Source of the DNA: Chrysomallon squamiferum
Taxonomy: Eukaryota; Animalia; Mollusca
Assembly (NCBI GenBank): GCA_012295275.1
Contig: CM022675.1
Span: 8,184,001 to 8,248,000 of the forward strand
Length of the DNA: 64,000 nucleotides
Direction of reading: 5' to 3'
Numbering within the stretch: the first letter of the stretch is position 1; the number at the start of each line of letters is the position of its first letter. Under the pieces are notes generated by a model. The model saw only the letters and a program-made list of their open reading frames with translations. It searched no databases and had not been told where the DNA came from. The position numbers and the translations under genes are program-made. This document shows, in pieces, positions 14,326-29,349 of the stretch.

Positions 14326-15793
14326 ATGATGTATTCCGCTTTGTTACTCTTGCTTTTGCTACAGCCAACTGAAGCAGGTATTTGAGATTATTTTCGAATT
14401 TAAACTTAATTTCTAACTCGCTATCTTTCTGTGTCTTATGAATGTCTATCTTTCTTCACATACGCCTATTTACATGTTTTTTCGAGTAACTGGCCTTCTG
14501 TATTTTATCTGTGATCCTGTATCTATTATATATATAACTACATCAAATGGTGAGAATAAATGTAATAAACTGCATCACAGGGTCCACTGGATAAAATTGC
14601 TATAGTTTATCGGTCTCTCGATCTGTGTATTTTTTTTTTTTATGTAACTACACGAAAAGGTTACAGCATTTGTATCCCAGAGTCCAGCGAAATACGCAAG
14701 AGACTCGCAGTGTTAATACAGTTATTACATTTACTACATCTGGTTGATAAGAAACAACATTTTTCATAGTGCATGTATGAGACTGCTTGCTGTAAAGTTG
14801 ATAAAATCAGCCTTTCATACGCAATAACAGTTTGTAAAAAGGTTCGTTTACTCTGAATGTTTATGTCACTTTATTTTCGTTTCTTCCTTCTCATTCTGTT
14901 TTAATTATTCCTCTCTTTACCTTTCCGTTTCCTTTTTAATACATCTCTTACTTCTCCTATCTCTGCCTCGGTCTCTGTGAATTCCTGTCTTTGCTTTCAA
15001 CTCTCCTGTCCACTGTGTCTCACACTCTCTCTATCACCCTTCCTATTCCTGTGTAATTATTTCTGTCTTTCTCCCCGCTTTTCACTAATTCTTTCTACAT
15101 CTCAGTTTGCCTTTCTTCCTTTTTCTCTCTGTATTTACCTCTCTCTAATTCTGTGTTGCGGTTTCCCTCTATTCTTCCTGTACTGAGGAATAATGTTTTA
15201 TTCCAGGACATTCATGTACATGCTTCGTAGGGATTGGAGTGATAACGGTTGATTGCCCATGTGGATGTTATGAAGAACCAGATACACTGGGCTGCTGTAT
15301 TACTTGTTGTTTCCATGGTGACAGTATTGTTACACTTGAAGACGGGTCAGCAACAAAAATGAATCATCTGACTGTAGGTCAGAAGGTTCTCACAGGTAAG
15401 ATATTAACAAAAATATTAGTGTTATTAAAGTTGATGTCAAAGTAATTCCACAGATATCGGACAGCTAAGACACGTACTTGTTATGTTTGTGAGGAAATCT
15501 TCTGAAGAAGAGAAGGTTAACAAACGTGAATAGTAGAATATATTCACCTCCGAAACAAAGACAAGCAAAACTGCCGAGATATTCTGTGTAGAGTCGACAG
15601 CGAGAAGAACACTGAAGATGTTCAAGGCAGCACTCAAGAGATTATTCTGAAATTTTACCTCACAAAAGAGAGGTGCGAGGATAGATGAGGAGTAGACGAG
15701 TCTTCGTTTACTCTTGGACAGACAGCCATGTGCTAACACACCACACGAACTGCAGGAAATGTTTAGTCGATGCAACCGAACCAATTACTGCTA

Positions 15794-15851
<58 letters not shown>

Positions 15852-17003
15852 TACTACTACTACTACTATTAATTAATTAATTCATTCATTTATTCATTTA
15901 TTTATTTATTTATTTATTCATTCATTCATTTACATATTTAATTGTTGCAGGTACTTTTCTTTTATCGCTGTGGTCATTGTTGTTTTTCTTTCTAGTTGAA
16001 AATGAAAAAAGAATATTTACTGAGGTAAAAACATTCATGAAACGATTTCCGCAAACCAATGCCACACATCGAACGTTTACGACAGAAAAGGGAAATCACT
16101 TTTCCATTACAGGGGACCATCTGATATTTATGTCCAAGAACAACAAAACTACTGATATGAAAGCTGAGTTAGTATTCATATGTTTCTGTCTACACTCTTC
16201 TTTCCATAGTGCATAAAGGTGTGAGATCTTTCTTGTGGCTATCTGAGTGCGAATCTGATATCGCACCAGAAATGAACACTTTATTTCTCTGTCTGAATGT
16301 TACCACGTTTTATTAAAACTTTATTCTAAAATACTAAATACATCCTTTTGTATAGCAAAAACATTCAGTATTACGTGAACACATAGACACAAACACAAAT
16401 AGTGACACACTGAAATTTATATAATAAATATTGAGGAAATCAATCAAATTAATAGACATACCTTTTTCGAACAAAGGTATGCCTTGTGGGTAAAACGAGG
16501 TGACTATATTTTCTCCACACTGTCGTGTCCAATTGATCTTTGTCCAGAGCGAGTTGTTGATATTTCCTTTTCTGAAAAAACAGGTAATAATAATGTTCAT
16601 TGTGACGATGATGATGATGATGATGATGATGATGATAATAATAATAATAATAATAACAATAATACTAGAAATAATAATAAATTTAAGTACTTTATGAATT
16701 ATAGATTTGAGTCAATTCTATTTCTGGAGGTTGTTTTCAGTAATGAGAGTATAATATTTAATATATTTTGCAGGGTTGTACGTACCAATGACTGACACAG
16801 GAACTCTTGTTGTGGATGGAATCTTAGCTTCGATTTATGCTAGTGCTGACCACCATGTGTCACATTTCGCCATGACACCGTTCCGGTGGTTTCCTTGGTT
16901 ATTGAAACCATGGGAACAAAATGGAATGAGTCCTATTCTGAAAGCCGTGAAATCCTTACATGGCATGCTGAGGACTTCCTACGGTTACCTATTACTGAAC
17001 TGA
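14326..17003 (+). CDS. Copy 3: secreted Cys-rich peptide-Hint (Hog) domain precursor, 249 aa
   Basis: Exons 14326-14377, 15207-15395, 15996-16167, 16477-16583, 16774-17003 (750 nt). MMYSALLLLLLLQPTEA-GHSCTCFVGIGVITVDCPCGCYEEPDTLGCCITC|CFHGDS. Confidence 0.88.
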
Positions 17004-18059
17004 GGTCGTTTTCAAATATTATTTCGTTATTTATTTATTCTACCTTCTTTTATCCCTATTTCTCAGTTCTGACAATAATGACTGAAAGCGAAATAAAATA
17101 TTAGCTCTTTGTATTGTGATATTTATATATTTATACAAGATAATCAATTGAAGACAATGGACAATAAGAAAATAGTATCGTACACTAAGAGGAGTAAACA
17201 TTCAGCAAAGTATAGAAAAAATTGTATAATCTTTTCTTAATTAATTCATCTACGTACTTTTCGTAAAATAGTGCACTGACTTCGTCCGATTAATTATTTT
17301 ATACGGTAAATAAATTTATTAAATTAAGTTAACTGAATGAAAGTGTTGGAACATGATGATCGGAGGACAAAATATTTGTTCATTTATTCTAAACGAAACA
17401 CAATCATCATTTCGATAATGCACTTAGAACGACAACCGAAATAATTCTGAAAAAGATAGGATGATAACGTAGTGTGTTTATAAACTTACAGATATATCTC
17501 AGTTGACTGATTTAATATAAATAGTCATGTCTATCTTCCACTGTCTCCCAGTATAAAGGTACGTAAGAAGGTCAGTAAAAAAGTGAAAGGCAAAAAGAAA
17601 GAAAGCAAAACGAGAGAATTGTGAAGAGACCAGTGGCCTGATGAATGGATTCGAACTTATTTAATAGAAAGTGATATAAACATCACAACTACAGTACAGT
17701 TGGTCCTTTCTTATAGTTCGACACAAACTGTAATCATTTTATTGGACAATTTTGCTGACATGCAAATTGTCACTATTCCGGCTTCCAAAGAAATATATCT
17801 AAATCGAGTTATTGCATATAGCGAGTTCTGATATCTGTCCCCTTTCACACCAACTGTTTAGATCGAGCTATCAGGTAAGAAGGTTATTGAAAATAACGAG
17901 AATTAAGATTATATCTTAAAAATACAGTCTACGATTCGAATCTTCACACCAGAATCTTTCAGTTATCGCAAAATATTTAAATATACGATATATATATTTT
18001 TATTTTTTTTCAGAATTGCATGGATAGGCAAAGGCTTTTTTTTTTTTTTTTTTTTTTTG

Positions 18060-19180
18060 CTATGCATATAAGTTAAACCATTTAGAGTATATTTCTGCGA
18101 GAGAACAAGAAAAGCTTTTAAACGTTTGCAGGGTATATGATTGTTTATATCTACCTAAATACCCCCAAATAACCAAGGAACCCCTGGATACATACTGACT
18201 GTTCTCGTGATAGAGTATGTGGATTTGCATTTCTAAACTGTCGTACATGGTTTACTGCTTTTATACGCCTCCTGGCCTTTAAATAAAACAAACAGTGGAG
18301 AAGAGCCAACTTTTACTGCCCTAATTATACCAGACTTTTTGGCAAAATTCATAGGTGGGCGTAACTCGTTATTGGCCCAGAAAACTGGGTATATCTACAT
18401 TACCTTACCTGTACCATTGGCAATTTGTAGGTATGCTGAATAATTCCTCTTTTGTCCCGAAGATGGACCAGATTCTTGTGGTAGACGCCAGTGAATCCTT
18501 TGGTAATAACCTGTCCTCCTCACAGTTCAGTAGGTTGTAGCTATTACCTGGGCCATCAGAACCTTAGCTCTGCAGTTCTCTCCCATGTGGTCCCGCCATC
18601 AGTGTTACAAAACAAATTACCTGACCCCATTAAACTTACTTTTGTTATGGCAAAAATTAAATATTAATTTGTTTATTTTATTTTATTTTATTTTTTTTCA
18701 ACAGGCTGTCCTTGCTCGTGAAGCCGATGATGGCTTCGTCTCGTCTATCTGGTTCTTTATGCTGTGTTTGACCTGATTCTGTTGATGGTAAACCCTGCAA
18801 AATAGAAGGAACTCGACAAGGAGTGTTATGAATATGATATTTTTGTATTTATGAGGTTTAGTTTTTTCCCGTTGTAGCTCAAAATGGCGCTTGAATGGAA
18901 GAGACTGATTTCCGCGCATGTGGCGTTTATATTGTACTGACCAGTCAACTAGAGTTAATTCCCCTTCGGCCATTGCCCTCAACTTTAACCATCTACCACT
19001 AACCACAAAACTAGCTGCATTTTCTTGGCATTAAATGGAATTATTGGGTACTACGAATAATCTGTACTATAATATTATGTAAGGATTTTGTACGTTCTTA
19101 TATTTCCAAACGAAAGGTTATATCTTAAGTAAAATATAATTTTATTTTCACGAGAATAGCAACATTTAAAATAACAAAAG
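18060..19180 (-). repeat. Degenerate, more GC-rich dispersed element with residual coding character (unidentified); other copies at ~1090-1900 and ~10880-11390
   Basis: Three alignable copies; minus-strand translations share segments such as PPT/SE/KL.GG..ITK, PPMNF.K and IL.HE...YVSR.SLVI, broken by stops and frameshifts. Confidence 0.55.
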
Positions 19181-19189
19181 AATAACAAA

Positions 19190-19325
<136 letters not shown>

Positions 19326-20409
19326 GCATGTCTGTATGTGTTTGGGTGTGTGCGTGCATGTGTCAGATGCATACACGACATTTTTTAATGTATTTCCATT
19401 TTACAAAGCGATTACCACAATCGTAAAAAATTTTAAGCGAGAAATCAATTACACTTTAAAATATACTTTTTGAAATCTCCTCAAATCACTGAAAATATTT
19501 GACATTTATCGAGCTGCATTTTTAGCCCATGTTAACCTATGTGTTACTGTTTTGTTTGTTGCCTTCCACCATGGCAAGCTAAACTGCTTCTGATCATGTT
19601 TGTACTAATATATGTGAAAAAAAAGATTGCACAGATGCGTTGGCACGCAGTCAAGATTTTCTGCAAATTAAAAGTAGGTAAGGTGATTTTATGACATAGA
19701 TTTCACTTCGAAATGACGTATTCTTTTTTAAAGAAAATAAAACTTTACTTCGGAATCATAAGAAACTATTTTAAAAGAGCAACACCAAAGAAGTCAGAGA
19801 TATCTTCTCAAAGACACATTACTACAGGAAACTAGAAAGGATTTTATTTAGGTAAAATAAAACAGTTAAAAATAAATATTACTTTAACCTTTCCAAAGCA
19901 GTATACTTTCTATACGTTGAGGTTTTAACTGTTTATATTATTACTTATATAATAAATAACAAGAACAGATTTGTTGGTCCTTCAGGTACAAACACTATAG
20001 CGGCCACAGAAACATTACGAAGCCAAAGAAAGTAAAACTTATTTCAACGAGAAAAGCGACCTTTAAAATTACAGCATTAGTTTTGTGTAAGTGAAGTGGA
20101 AAATATTTCCATTGCTAAAGATTATTTATACAGCAGATTCATTTCTGTTTTCAGGAATTAAATAAATTAATATCGTATTAGTCGTTATACCAGAAACCAA
20201 CTTTAGTTTTTTAAGAATGAATAACAGGCGCGTCGTGTTCTAGAGAAATGTATTGTAATATTTCTTACGTATCACTTCATTATTGGCTTTGATTTTACAT
20301 CTATTAGAAACGTGTCAATCAAATAATATGGTTGAAAATACATGAAAGCAGCCCGTTTAACCCTTCATAACTTTCTCGTTTTCTTTTCTTTCTTTCTCTT
20401 TTTCTTTTT

Positions 20410-20450
<41 letters not shown>

Positions 20451-20818
20451 GTTGATGTTTTTCTGTTGTTGTTGTTGTTGTTGTTTTCTTTTTTTCCCCC
20501 TTTTTTTTTCTCTTTTCTTTTTTTTCTTACTTTCTTTTTGGTCTTGTTGTTGATGTCTTTCTTTCATACATATAAATTTACAGAGAAAAATACAAACACA
20601 GAGACAGATACACAAGAATGATGTGATAACATTACTGCAGGATAACATTTCCCTATCTTCCATGTTTTTAGAGTGTTGAGTTAATTATTTAATACAAAGA
20701 TATAAATATGAAAATACCAGAATCTAGTCATTTATTTTCCTTCCAGTAATTAATGGCAACAGAAAAATACGGATGAAAAAGACAAAATAAATAAATTACG
20801 AAATATTTCAAAACGGAC

Positions 20819-21119
20819 TTAGTTCAATATTCGGCGATGATAGGAAGACATCACCGTGACATCAAAGGATTTCATGAGTTTCAGAATAGGACTGAATCCG
20901 TCTTGTTCCCATGGTTTCAATAACCAAGGAAACCACCGGAACAGACTCATGGCGAAGTGGGCCAAGTCGTGATCGAAATAAGCGTAACTCGAAGCAAACA
21001 TTCCATCCACAACAAGAGTTCCTGTATCAGTCAGTGGTACGTGCAACCCTGCGAAATATATTAAATATTTTATGTTTATGTATTCGAAATAGTTGTTTTT
21101 GCTCATTTGTTGTTGTTGT

Positions 21120-21156
<37 letters not shown>

Positions 21157-21877
21157 CATTACCTTGTTTTTCCACAAAGGATATATCAACAACTCGCTCT
21201 GCACAAAGACCACTTGGACAAGACAGTGTGGAGAAAATATAATCACCTCGTTCTATCAACATCGCATACCTTAGTGAAAAAAAGGTATATCTATTAATGT
21301 TAATGAATCCGCTTGACGCTATTTCAATTTCCATGTGTAAATATTTGTGACTGTGTCTATATGGTGCATGAATTGCTTAGTGTTATTCTGAACGCATGTC
21401 TTTTTTTCCTTCCTGCTTTGAAATAAAGATTTAACAAAACGTAACAACAAATGAAGATGAAAAGAGAAAAAATTTGGAAACAACTCACCTTCTTATGCAA
21501 TACGAAACGAACAACGCAGACAGACACATATGAATACTCACGCAGGTCTCATATCAGCAGTTTTGTTGTTACTGGACATAAATATCAGATGATCATCTGT
21601 GATGGAAAAGTGATTTCCCTTTTCTGTCGTAAGCGTTCGATATGTGGCGTTGGTTTCCGGAAAGCGTTTCATGAATGTTCTTACCTCAGAAAAGATCTGT
21701 TTTCCATTTTCAACTGGAAGAAAAGCAGTAACAACAGTTATATATATAAAAAAAATAATAATAACAGCGACACCACCACGAACAACAAGATAAATAAATA
21801 TGTAAATAAATAAATAATAATAATGATAACGGTAATAATAACAATAACAACAACAACAGCAACAACAACAATAATTC

Positions 21878-21908
<31 letters not shown>

Positions 21909-22986
21909 CATGTTATCTGTAATAAGTTCGATAACATCTACTTAACATTTCTTGTCGCGTATGGGATGAATTAGCAGAAAGGAGCATATCCAAGTCGAAA
22001 CAAAAACTGATCTACATTCCGTCTATGCTTCATCGCCTGTTTTCCCAGGTAAACTTTCAACATAAGCCATCGAGGCCTGCAGTGGTAATCCTAAGGTTCA
22101 TTATCGGCATATCTCGAGATTTCGTAGTTTGTTCCACCATTCTAATAACGTGTCGCTTCTTTTTTCTGTTTCGTGCTTACCACATATCCTCAATAATACT
22201 CAGTGTGTGCTGCTTTTCCGAGAGATGAATAACGTGCTTAACATTTAACTTCTCTATAAGTTACTGATAAAAGGAATGACAATAATAATAATAACTCACC
22301 TGTGAGAACTTTATGACCTGCAGTTAGATGTTTCATTTTTACTGACGAACCGTCTTCGAGAGCAAGAATACTGTCACCATGGAAACAACACGCCATACAG
22401 CACTCCTTGAGGAAGAAAAAGTTACACCCACATTTGCAGTTTTTTACACCCTTCTGTCCCCATCCGAAAGCATTGATAATACCTGAACAACGACATTTTT
22501 CTCCTGAAATAAGAATGTATCCAGTAAACCATGTTTTTAAGTAGAAGAAATATTCAGGGAGATCGAAAGATCGTAAGACAAACAAAGAGTGAGGCACAAA
22601 GGAGAAAAGGGACAAATTTAAGGTGAAGTGGCGCAAGAAGTTGAGGCAAGGAGGCAGAACGGTGAACTGAAGCAGGGTCAGTATGTCAGAGAGTCACAGA
22701 GGAATCGTTATAGACGAAAGCAAAGGTAGGAACTCAGAGAAATTATACGAACTAGGAGAACTAATGTAAAGGAAGGAAAAAAAAAAAAAATGTTTGAAGA
22801 CTAAAATGTGAAGTAGAAACAAGACAAAAAGAAGAAAGACATATTGCACTTGACCCTGAGTTACTGTTTCCAAAACAAACAGAATGACAGAGAGATAGAA
22901 TTTGAGCTTAAATAGGAAAACCACTCTCTAATATTACCTATACATCGCTGTACCAAAAATAGGAGTAAGAAAGCAAAATATTTCAT
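20819..22986 (-). CDS. Copy 4 (inverted): secreted Cys-rich peptide-Hint (Hog) domain precursor, 253 aa
   Basis: Minus-strand exons 22986-22938, 22503-22300, 21713-21542, 21269-21163, 21048-20819 (762 nt). MKYFAFLLLFLVQRCIG-EKCRCSGIINAFGWGQKGVKNCKCGCNFFFLKECCMAC|CFHGDS...GMFASSYA. Confidence 0.88.
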
Positions 22987-23058
22987 AGTTTCACGATATT
23001 TTAACTGTTCGATTTTTTCTATAGCACTGTCGTCAATACACCCAAAATGGTTTAACTT

Positions 23059-23085
23059 ATTTGCATTACTGAAAGGCATTTGCAT
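23059..23085 (-). promoter_or_regulatory. Double octamer upstream of copy 4
   Basis: ATTTGCAT at 23059 and 23078. Confidence 0.6.
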
Positions 23086-24115
23086 AGCCATAACATTCCA
23101 TAGCCATACTATGACAGATTTAATCGATTATGCATTTAAATATTTTAAAACAAGCTACAAAAACAAATTACATATTCTGTAGTGAAAAACGTAGTCATTG
23201 GTATTATTTTAAAGATATAATATGAATTAAGTTTATTTGCAAAAGCTTTCTTACCTCACATTTCACATCTTTAGGTTAGACATTTCGCTTGGGGAAACTT
23301 TCTTGTATCTCCCTCCATAATGCCATTCTTCGAAATATTAAACAGCATCGTTTCAAAATTGAAGTGTTCGGTTAAGGACAGAATGTCAGTGTTTAGAAAG
23401 AAGAACAACTTGTTTCAATAACGAATCATGCTAGTTGCTGGCACAGCACTGCTGTCGATAAAGATGGCCATCATGACTGCACAAATCAAAGAGAACATTT
23501 ATAGACAGCCATGTATTCCGAAACGAATACATTATCTGGCCATTGCATTCAACAAACCTTTCAGTTCTTCGATTGCGTTCGAAATAAAATATTTAGAATT
23601 CGGAAAAATACGAATCGTAAAAAATATTTATTTCTTCAATATTCCTGTATCAGTATATATTGTCTACGTTGAAATTAAGATGCTCATATTATTATTTATA
23701 TTACAAGATGTCTACCAAACAGTGTGTACGTATTAATACCAGCAATTTTTAGGCTCTTGGGCTAGAGGCTTTGTAAGGTCCACAGAAATATTTTGAAACC
23801 AATTAAAATTATATTTACTTTCACGACAATAGCTACAATTAAAATTAGAACGTTTCATTTGTGTAATTAAAGTAGAAAAGCATTCCGTAGTCAAAGATTA
23901 TTTAGACAACCGATACTTAAACTTCGATTCTGTTTTCACAAATTAAATAACTTAATGTCGGAGAATATTTTATGACTCAAATTAGTTTTTTAAACATAAC
24001 AAACGTGACGTATGGTGTTTTAGGGACACTAAATTTCTAAAGTAAAATATATTTTGAAAAAAAAAAAATTAGAAGAAAGAAAATACTTAAAAGAATATTG
24101 CACAATTTCATCAGT

Positions 24116-24204
<89 letters not shown>

Positions 24205-25949
24205 AAATACATACGAAATGCTTTGTTTTATCTGAATTTTACAAAGCCATTAACATAATCACAAAAATATGAGGCCAGAAATCAATCATATATTAACACA
24301 TTATTTTAAAATAGGTTATTTCATGTTCACCTGTAGCGATTTGAATTTGTGATAACTGAATGCAGCTTTATTTTTGGAAAAGTCATGACAAGCTGTATAA
24401 TTCTCCAAATAAATCGATTATACTTTTTTAATCGCAGTGTATGAAAGTTCCAATTTTAATGTCTTGTTAGAACAGAAATCTTCATATCACCGTCCATTTC
24501 AAAATGAGAATCCGTAATTCAATTTCCAGCTAAATGAAGTATAATCACATCGGTAAATAGAAACAGTGAAACAGCCTACTGTGCTTTTCTCATTTATTTC
24601 ATTATTTTGGATGACATTACGTCTACTGCAAAATATTGTAATAATATATTCTCAAATTGTTCATTATGCTTACTTTCTTTTTCTCTTTCTTGTTGTCTTT
24701 GTTACGTACATACATACTTACAGACATATAAAGAGAGACACATAAAATATATTTTATTTAAAATAGTCTGTTCAGATATATATATATGTATATACACATA
24801 TATGCATGCGTAAAAAACATTCCATTATTGTTATATGCTTTACTAAAATGATTCTAAATGGTTTGTCAGATATGCATAGGTCCAAATGCTACCTACTGAA
24901 CCACGATAGTGGAAAGAACATGTGAAATATCACTTCTTATAGCCGTAAACTTTAAACCCATAAATGCAACCATGCGATATTTTCTTTTCTCATTTCCCAT
25001 TTCAAGCACTGGCTTTGCGAGTACAATATTTTGATTTAACATAAAATAAAATTATGCTAATGTCAGATTAATATCAGTGTAAATATATTAAAGCAATTGA
25101 GTACATGTTCTGGTATGAGAATATGTCCAACGTAATGTGTTCCTCGGCAGAAGAAAGCTTCAGAGGCAGGGAGAGGGAAACGGGAGGACAGAAACAGGGC
25201 TAAAAGCAAGGTGAGGTGGCGAAACAGGTAAAGTAAAAGGATGGAGAAAGGTAACTGGAGTGTGGCAGGGAGAGTAAGTCAGAGAGCAGACGCTAGAGCA
25301 GGAAAGATGAAAGGAAAGTCAGTGAAAACTATGAGAACTAGTGAAAACAAAAGAAAAAGGAAAGGACAAAGAGATATAAATAGCTTGTAAATGAATATTA
25401 AACTGTTGTTATGTATGAAACTGTTACTGTGAATTGATTTTTTTTTTTTTTTTTTTTTTTCTTTTTTTACATGCATCTTTAATCAGTGGCTCTTTCTAAA
25501 CATTTGTGAGGTCTGTTTCGAAAGGAATATCTACTAACCGGATTAAATTTTTGCATAATTCTAGACATTACGCTAAACTGTGTAATGTAGTTTGTTACGA
25601 AACCAGAGATAAAGAACGCATTATCTTCGTCAGAAACTGTTCTTGTTTTCCAATCAGACTAGCATAATAGCTGAGGAAGATATTAGAGATCATTAATACG
25701 TTTATTGTTCTGGTTTCCGGCTGTCAAATATAACTTTGATAGCAATAATCATCGGACTAAATTTTACTGGCTTTTTCTGGGGTTTTTCTCCTTTTATTTA
25801 TTTATTTATTTTATTTTATTTTTTTTTTTTTTTTGAGAGAAGAACTAAAATCATTTTGACTAGTTATATGAAAAAGAAAGAAAAAAACCCAGAATAGACA
25901 CATAAAACGCATAGATCGAATAAAACGCTACTGAAAAGAAAATTTCCTG

Positions 25950-26180
25950 CTCTTTGAAACCGACGTGGAGAGTATTTTGCGGCATCACGTGAAAATCGAG
26001 CAGCGCGTTAAAAGACGATCTCTCCTTCGTCAAAAACTAACTTCCACTCCGATCTACGCTCAACAACAAAGAGAATAGTTTGTGGAGAAAACAACGATTC
26101 GACGAACGTATTCTGATACTTACACTGAATATAATAGAAAGATATCAGCCATACATTTTTTTCCCAATGAAAAGAGAAAC
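25950..26180 (+). repeat. CpG-rich dispersed repeat (possible TE fragment); inverted copy ~36750-36975, diverged copy ~44885-45150
   Basis: Shared tttgaaaccgac...gcatcacg..aaatcgag...acgattcgacgaacgt...tacactgaatat. Confidence 0.6.
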
Positions 26181-26778
26181 AATATCTTTTTTCTCTAGCT
26201 CTATGAAAAATGTAAACGAAATGGTTTAACTTATTTGCATTATAAAAAGCATTTACATACGATAAAAGTGTGAAATAAAAATAAAATCAATCGTCTGATT
26301 TAATATTTTATAATAACTGAAATATCATGTTGTGAAGTAGTGAGTCGTAGCCTGTGTTTAGAAGATATAACATTAATTCAGGTTATTTCCAATAACTGAT
26401 AGCTCGTTCTAGGCAGTTCGTTAAAAGAAGACTTCAGATATGAAGGCTGGCAAAATTTCAATACAATTAGTTATACAGAAATATTTAATGTTCTTAAAAT
26501 TCTAAGAATTCGAAACAGTATTATTAATATATTCATTATGTGACATTGCAAACACCGCATACTTCTGGATATGTAGACGATAAACACAAATGTAATAGAG
26601 AAATGTTTCTGTTTCGTATATTTAATTATTTTATTTTTCTTGCACTCTTTATTTTGTTAAGAATTAAAAACTAATTGCTCCTGTACTAGGGAAAGCAAAC
26701 CACTAAAGTAAAATATATTAAAAAACACAAATTACAAAATAGTTTTATAAACGAATATTCCATAATGTCATGAGTTTT

Positions 26779-26866
<88 letters not shown>

Positions 26867-27580
26867 ACATACACGAAATGGTTTATCATATTCTAATTTT
26901 TCCTCGCGATTAGCATAGTCGTAAAATATGTTGCAAGAAATCAATCATAAATTCAAATATGTTTTAAATTTGCATAGCTTGTTTCAAGATCACATGAAGC
27001 GATTTGAATTTTGTAATGACTCAATGTAGCTGGAAATATGACAAGCGGTATGTCAGCAAAATTCTCAAAATAAAATTATTATAATTTCTGTCGTACTAAA
27101 TGAAGATACAAATTGTAATGTCATATTTGAGTTGTAAAATATATATCATCGTCTGTTTCTAAATTTGAAACAACTCATCAAGGAAATCAAAGTTAAAGTG
27201 TAAATATGGTGGTTGGAATGAACAGTCGAACAAAATATCGTGTACTTCGGACTTCTCTCTTCATTACTGGCTCTGACCTTAGATCTGTTTCAAACAATTC
27301 AATAAAATAATACGAAGAGACAGAAACACAAACAGAGAGACAGATATACATGAGCAATATTTTACTTAAATCAGTCACGTGAGACCACGTATTTAAACAA
27401 ATTTAAAATATTTGGGTTGTGGTTCTCCATAGTTTGTCAATATGATGATCATGTTTCATTTAGCATAATGTCTTAAAACTGATTCAACTAGCTTTATTTT
27501 ATTACTTTAATTAAGTACACAAAATCATTATCGGACGAGTCAATGCACACATTTTTATAAAGTAAATAGATGATAAAATA

Positions 27581-27616
<36 letters not shown>

Positions 27617-27857
27617 CTTGCTGATATTGCTTCACTATCTGCAGGAGATCCAAGGATCAGAAAGGTTCACTCCTCTTAGTGTAGGAGACAATTTCCTAGT
27701 TTCCATGTTTCCAGTGTCTCTATTTAATTACTTAGTATAAAAGCGCAACTATGACAATACCATCAACTAGTAATTTAGTTTCAGTAATTATTGGCAAGAG
27801 AGATAAATGGGGATGAAAGGAGGGAAAAAATAAGGAAACGAGTATTTAAAAACGACC

Positions 27858-28246
27858 TTAGTTCAATATTCGGCAACCATAGGAAGACCTCATCATGACG
27901 ACTAACGATTGCATGAGTTTCAGAATAGGACTCAATCCATTTTGTTGCCATGGTTTCAGTAACCAAGGAAACCACCGGAACGGTGTCATGACGAACTGTG
28001 CCACGTCGAGATCAAAATAAACGTAACTCGAAGCTAAGATTCCATCCACAACAATAGTTCCTGTATCAGTCAGTGGTACGTACAACCCTGTGAAATATAC
28101 TAAATATTTTATTTTTCATGTATTCAAAATACTTGTTGTTGTGGTTTTGTTTGTTTGTTTGTTTTTGTTGTTGATGTTGTTGTTGTTGTTGTTGTTGTTA
28201 TTATTATTAGTAGTAGTAGTAGTAGAAATACCTTGTTTTTCAGAAA
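27858..28246 (-). pseudogene. Copy 5: 5'-truncated relic (last ~15 nt of exon 4, intron 4 and intact exon 5)
   Basis: Exon 5 at 28087-27858 (GLYVPLTDTGTIVVDGILASSYVYFD...RILN*). The exon-4 tail TCTGAAAAACAAG|gtattt at ~28245-28232 abuts oppositely oriented upstream DNA of copy 6; exons 1-3 are absent. Confidence 0.8.
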
Positions 28247-29250
28247 TTGTGCAATATTCTTTAAAATACTTTCTTTCTTATAATTTGTCTTTTAAAAATA
28301 TATTTTACTTTAGAAATTTAGTGTCCCTAAAACACCATACGTCGCGTTTGTTATGTTTAAAAAACTAATTTGAGTCATAAGATATTCTCCGACATTAAGT
28401 TATTTAAATTGTGAAAACAGAATCGAAGTTTAAGTATCGGTTGTCTAAATAATCTTTGACTACGGAAGGCTTTTCTACTTTAATTACACAAATGAAACCT
28501 TCTAATTTTAGTTGTAGCTATTGTCGTGAAAATAAATGTAATTTTTCTTGGATTCGAAATATTTCTCTGGACCTTACAAAGCCTGTAGCCCAAGAGTCTA
28601 AAAATTCCTGGTCCTAATACGTACACACTGTTTGGTAGACATCTTCCAATACAAATAATAATATGAGCATTTCAGTTTCAACTTAGACAAAATATACTGA
28701 TACAGGAATATTGAAGAAATAAATATTTTTTACGTCTCGTATTTTTCCGAATTCTAAATATTTTATTTCGAACGCAATCGAAGAACTGAAAGGTTTGTTG
28801 AATGCAATGGCCAGATAATGTATTCGTTTCGGAATACATGGCGGAGTATAAATGTTCTAATCGGGGTGTGCAGTTATGATGGCCATCTTTATCGATAGCA
28901 GTACTGAGCCAGCTACTAGCCTGATTCGTTACTGAACAAGTTGTTCTTCTTTCTAAACACTGACATTCTGTCCTTAACCGAAAACTTCAATTTTGAAACA
29001 ATGCTGTTTAAAATTTCGGAGAATGGCATTATGGAGGGAGACACAAGAAAGTTTCCCCAAGCGAAATGTCTAACCTAAAGATGTGAAATGTGAGGTAAGA
29101 AAGCTTTTGCAAATAAACTTAATTCATATTATATCTTCAAAATAATAGCAGTGACTACGTTTTTCACTACAGAATATGTAATTTGTTTTTGTAGCTTGTT
29201 TTAAAATATTTAAATGCATTATCGATTTAACCTGTCATAGTTTTATGGCT

Positions 29251-29277
29251 ATGCAAATGCCTTTCAGTAATGCAAAT
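29251..29277 (+). promoter_or_regulatory. Double octamer upstream of copy 6
   Basis: ATGCAAAT at 29251 and 29270. Confidence 0.6.
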
Positions 29278-29349
29278 AAGTTAAACCATTTTGGGTGTAT
29301 TGACGACAGTGCTATAGATAAAATCGAACAGTTAAAATATCGTGAAGCT

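Noticed and set aside
29245-29349. N-terminal extension MAMQMPFSNANK... in ORFs 29245-29475 and 23091-22861
   Set aside because: It is in frame only in copies 4 and 6, and out of frame or stopped in copies 1-3. The ATGs come from the octamer cassette, and the downstream ATG gives a proper signal peptide.
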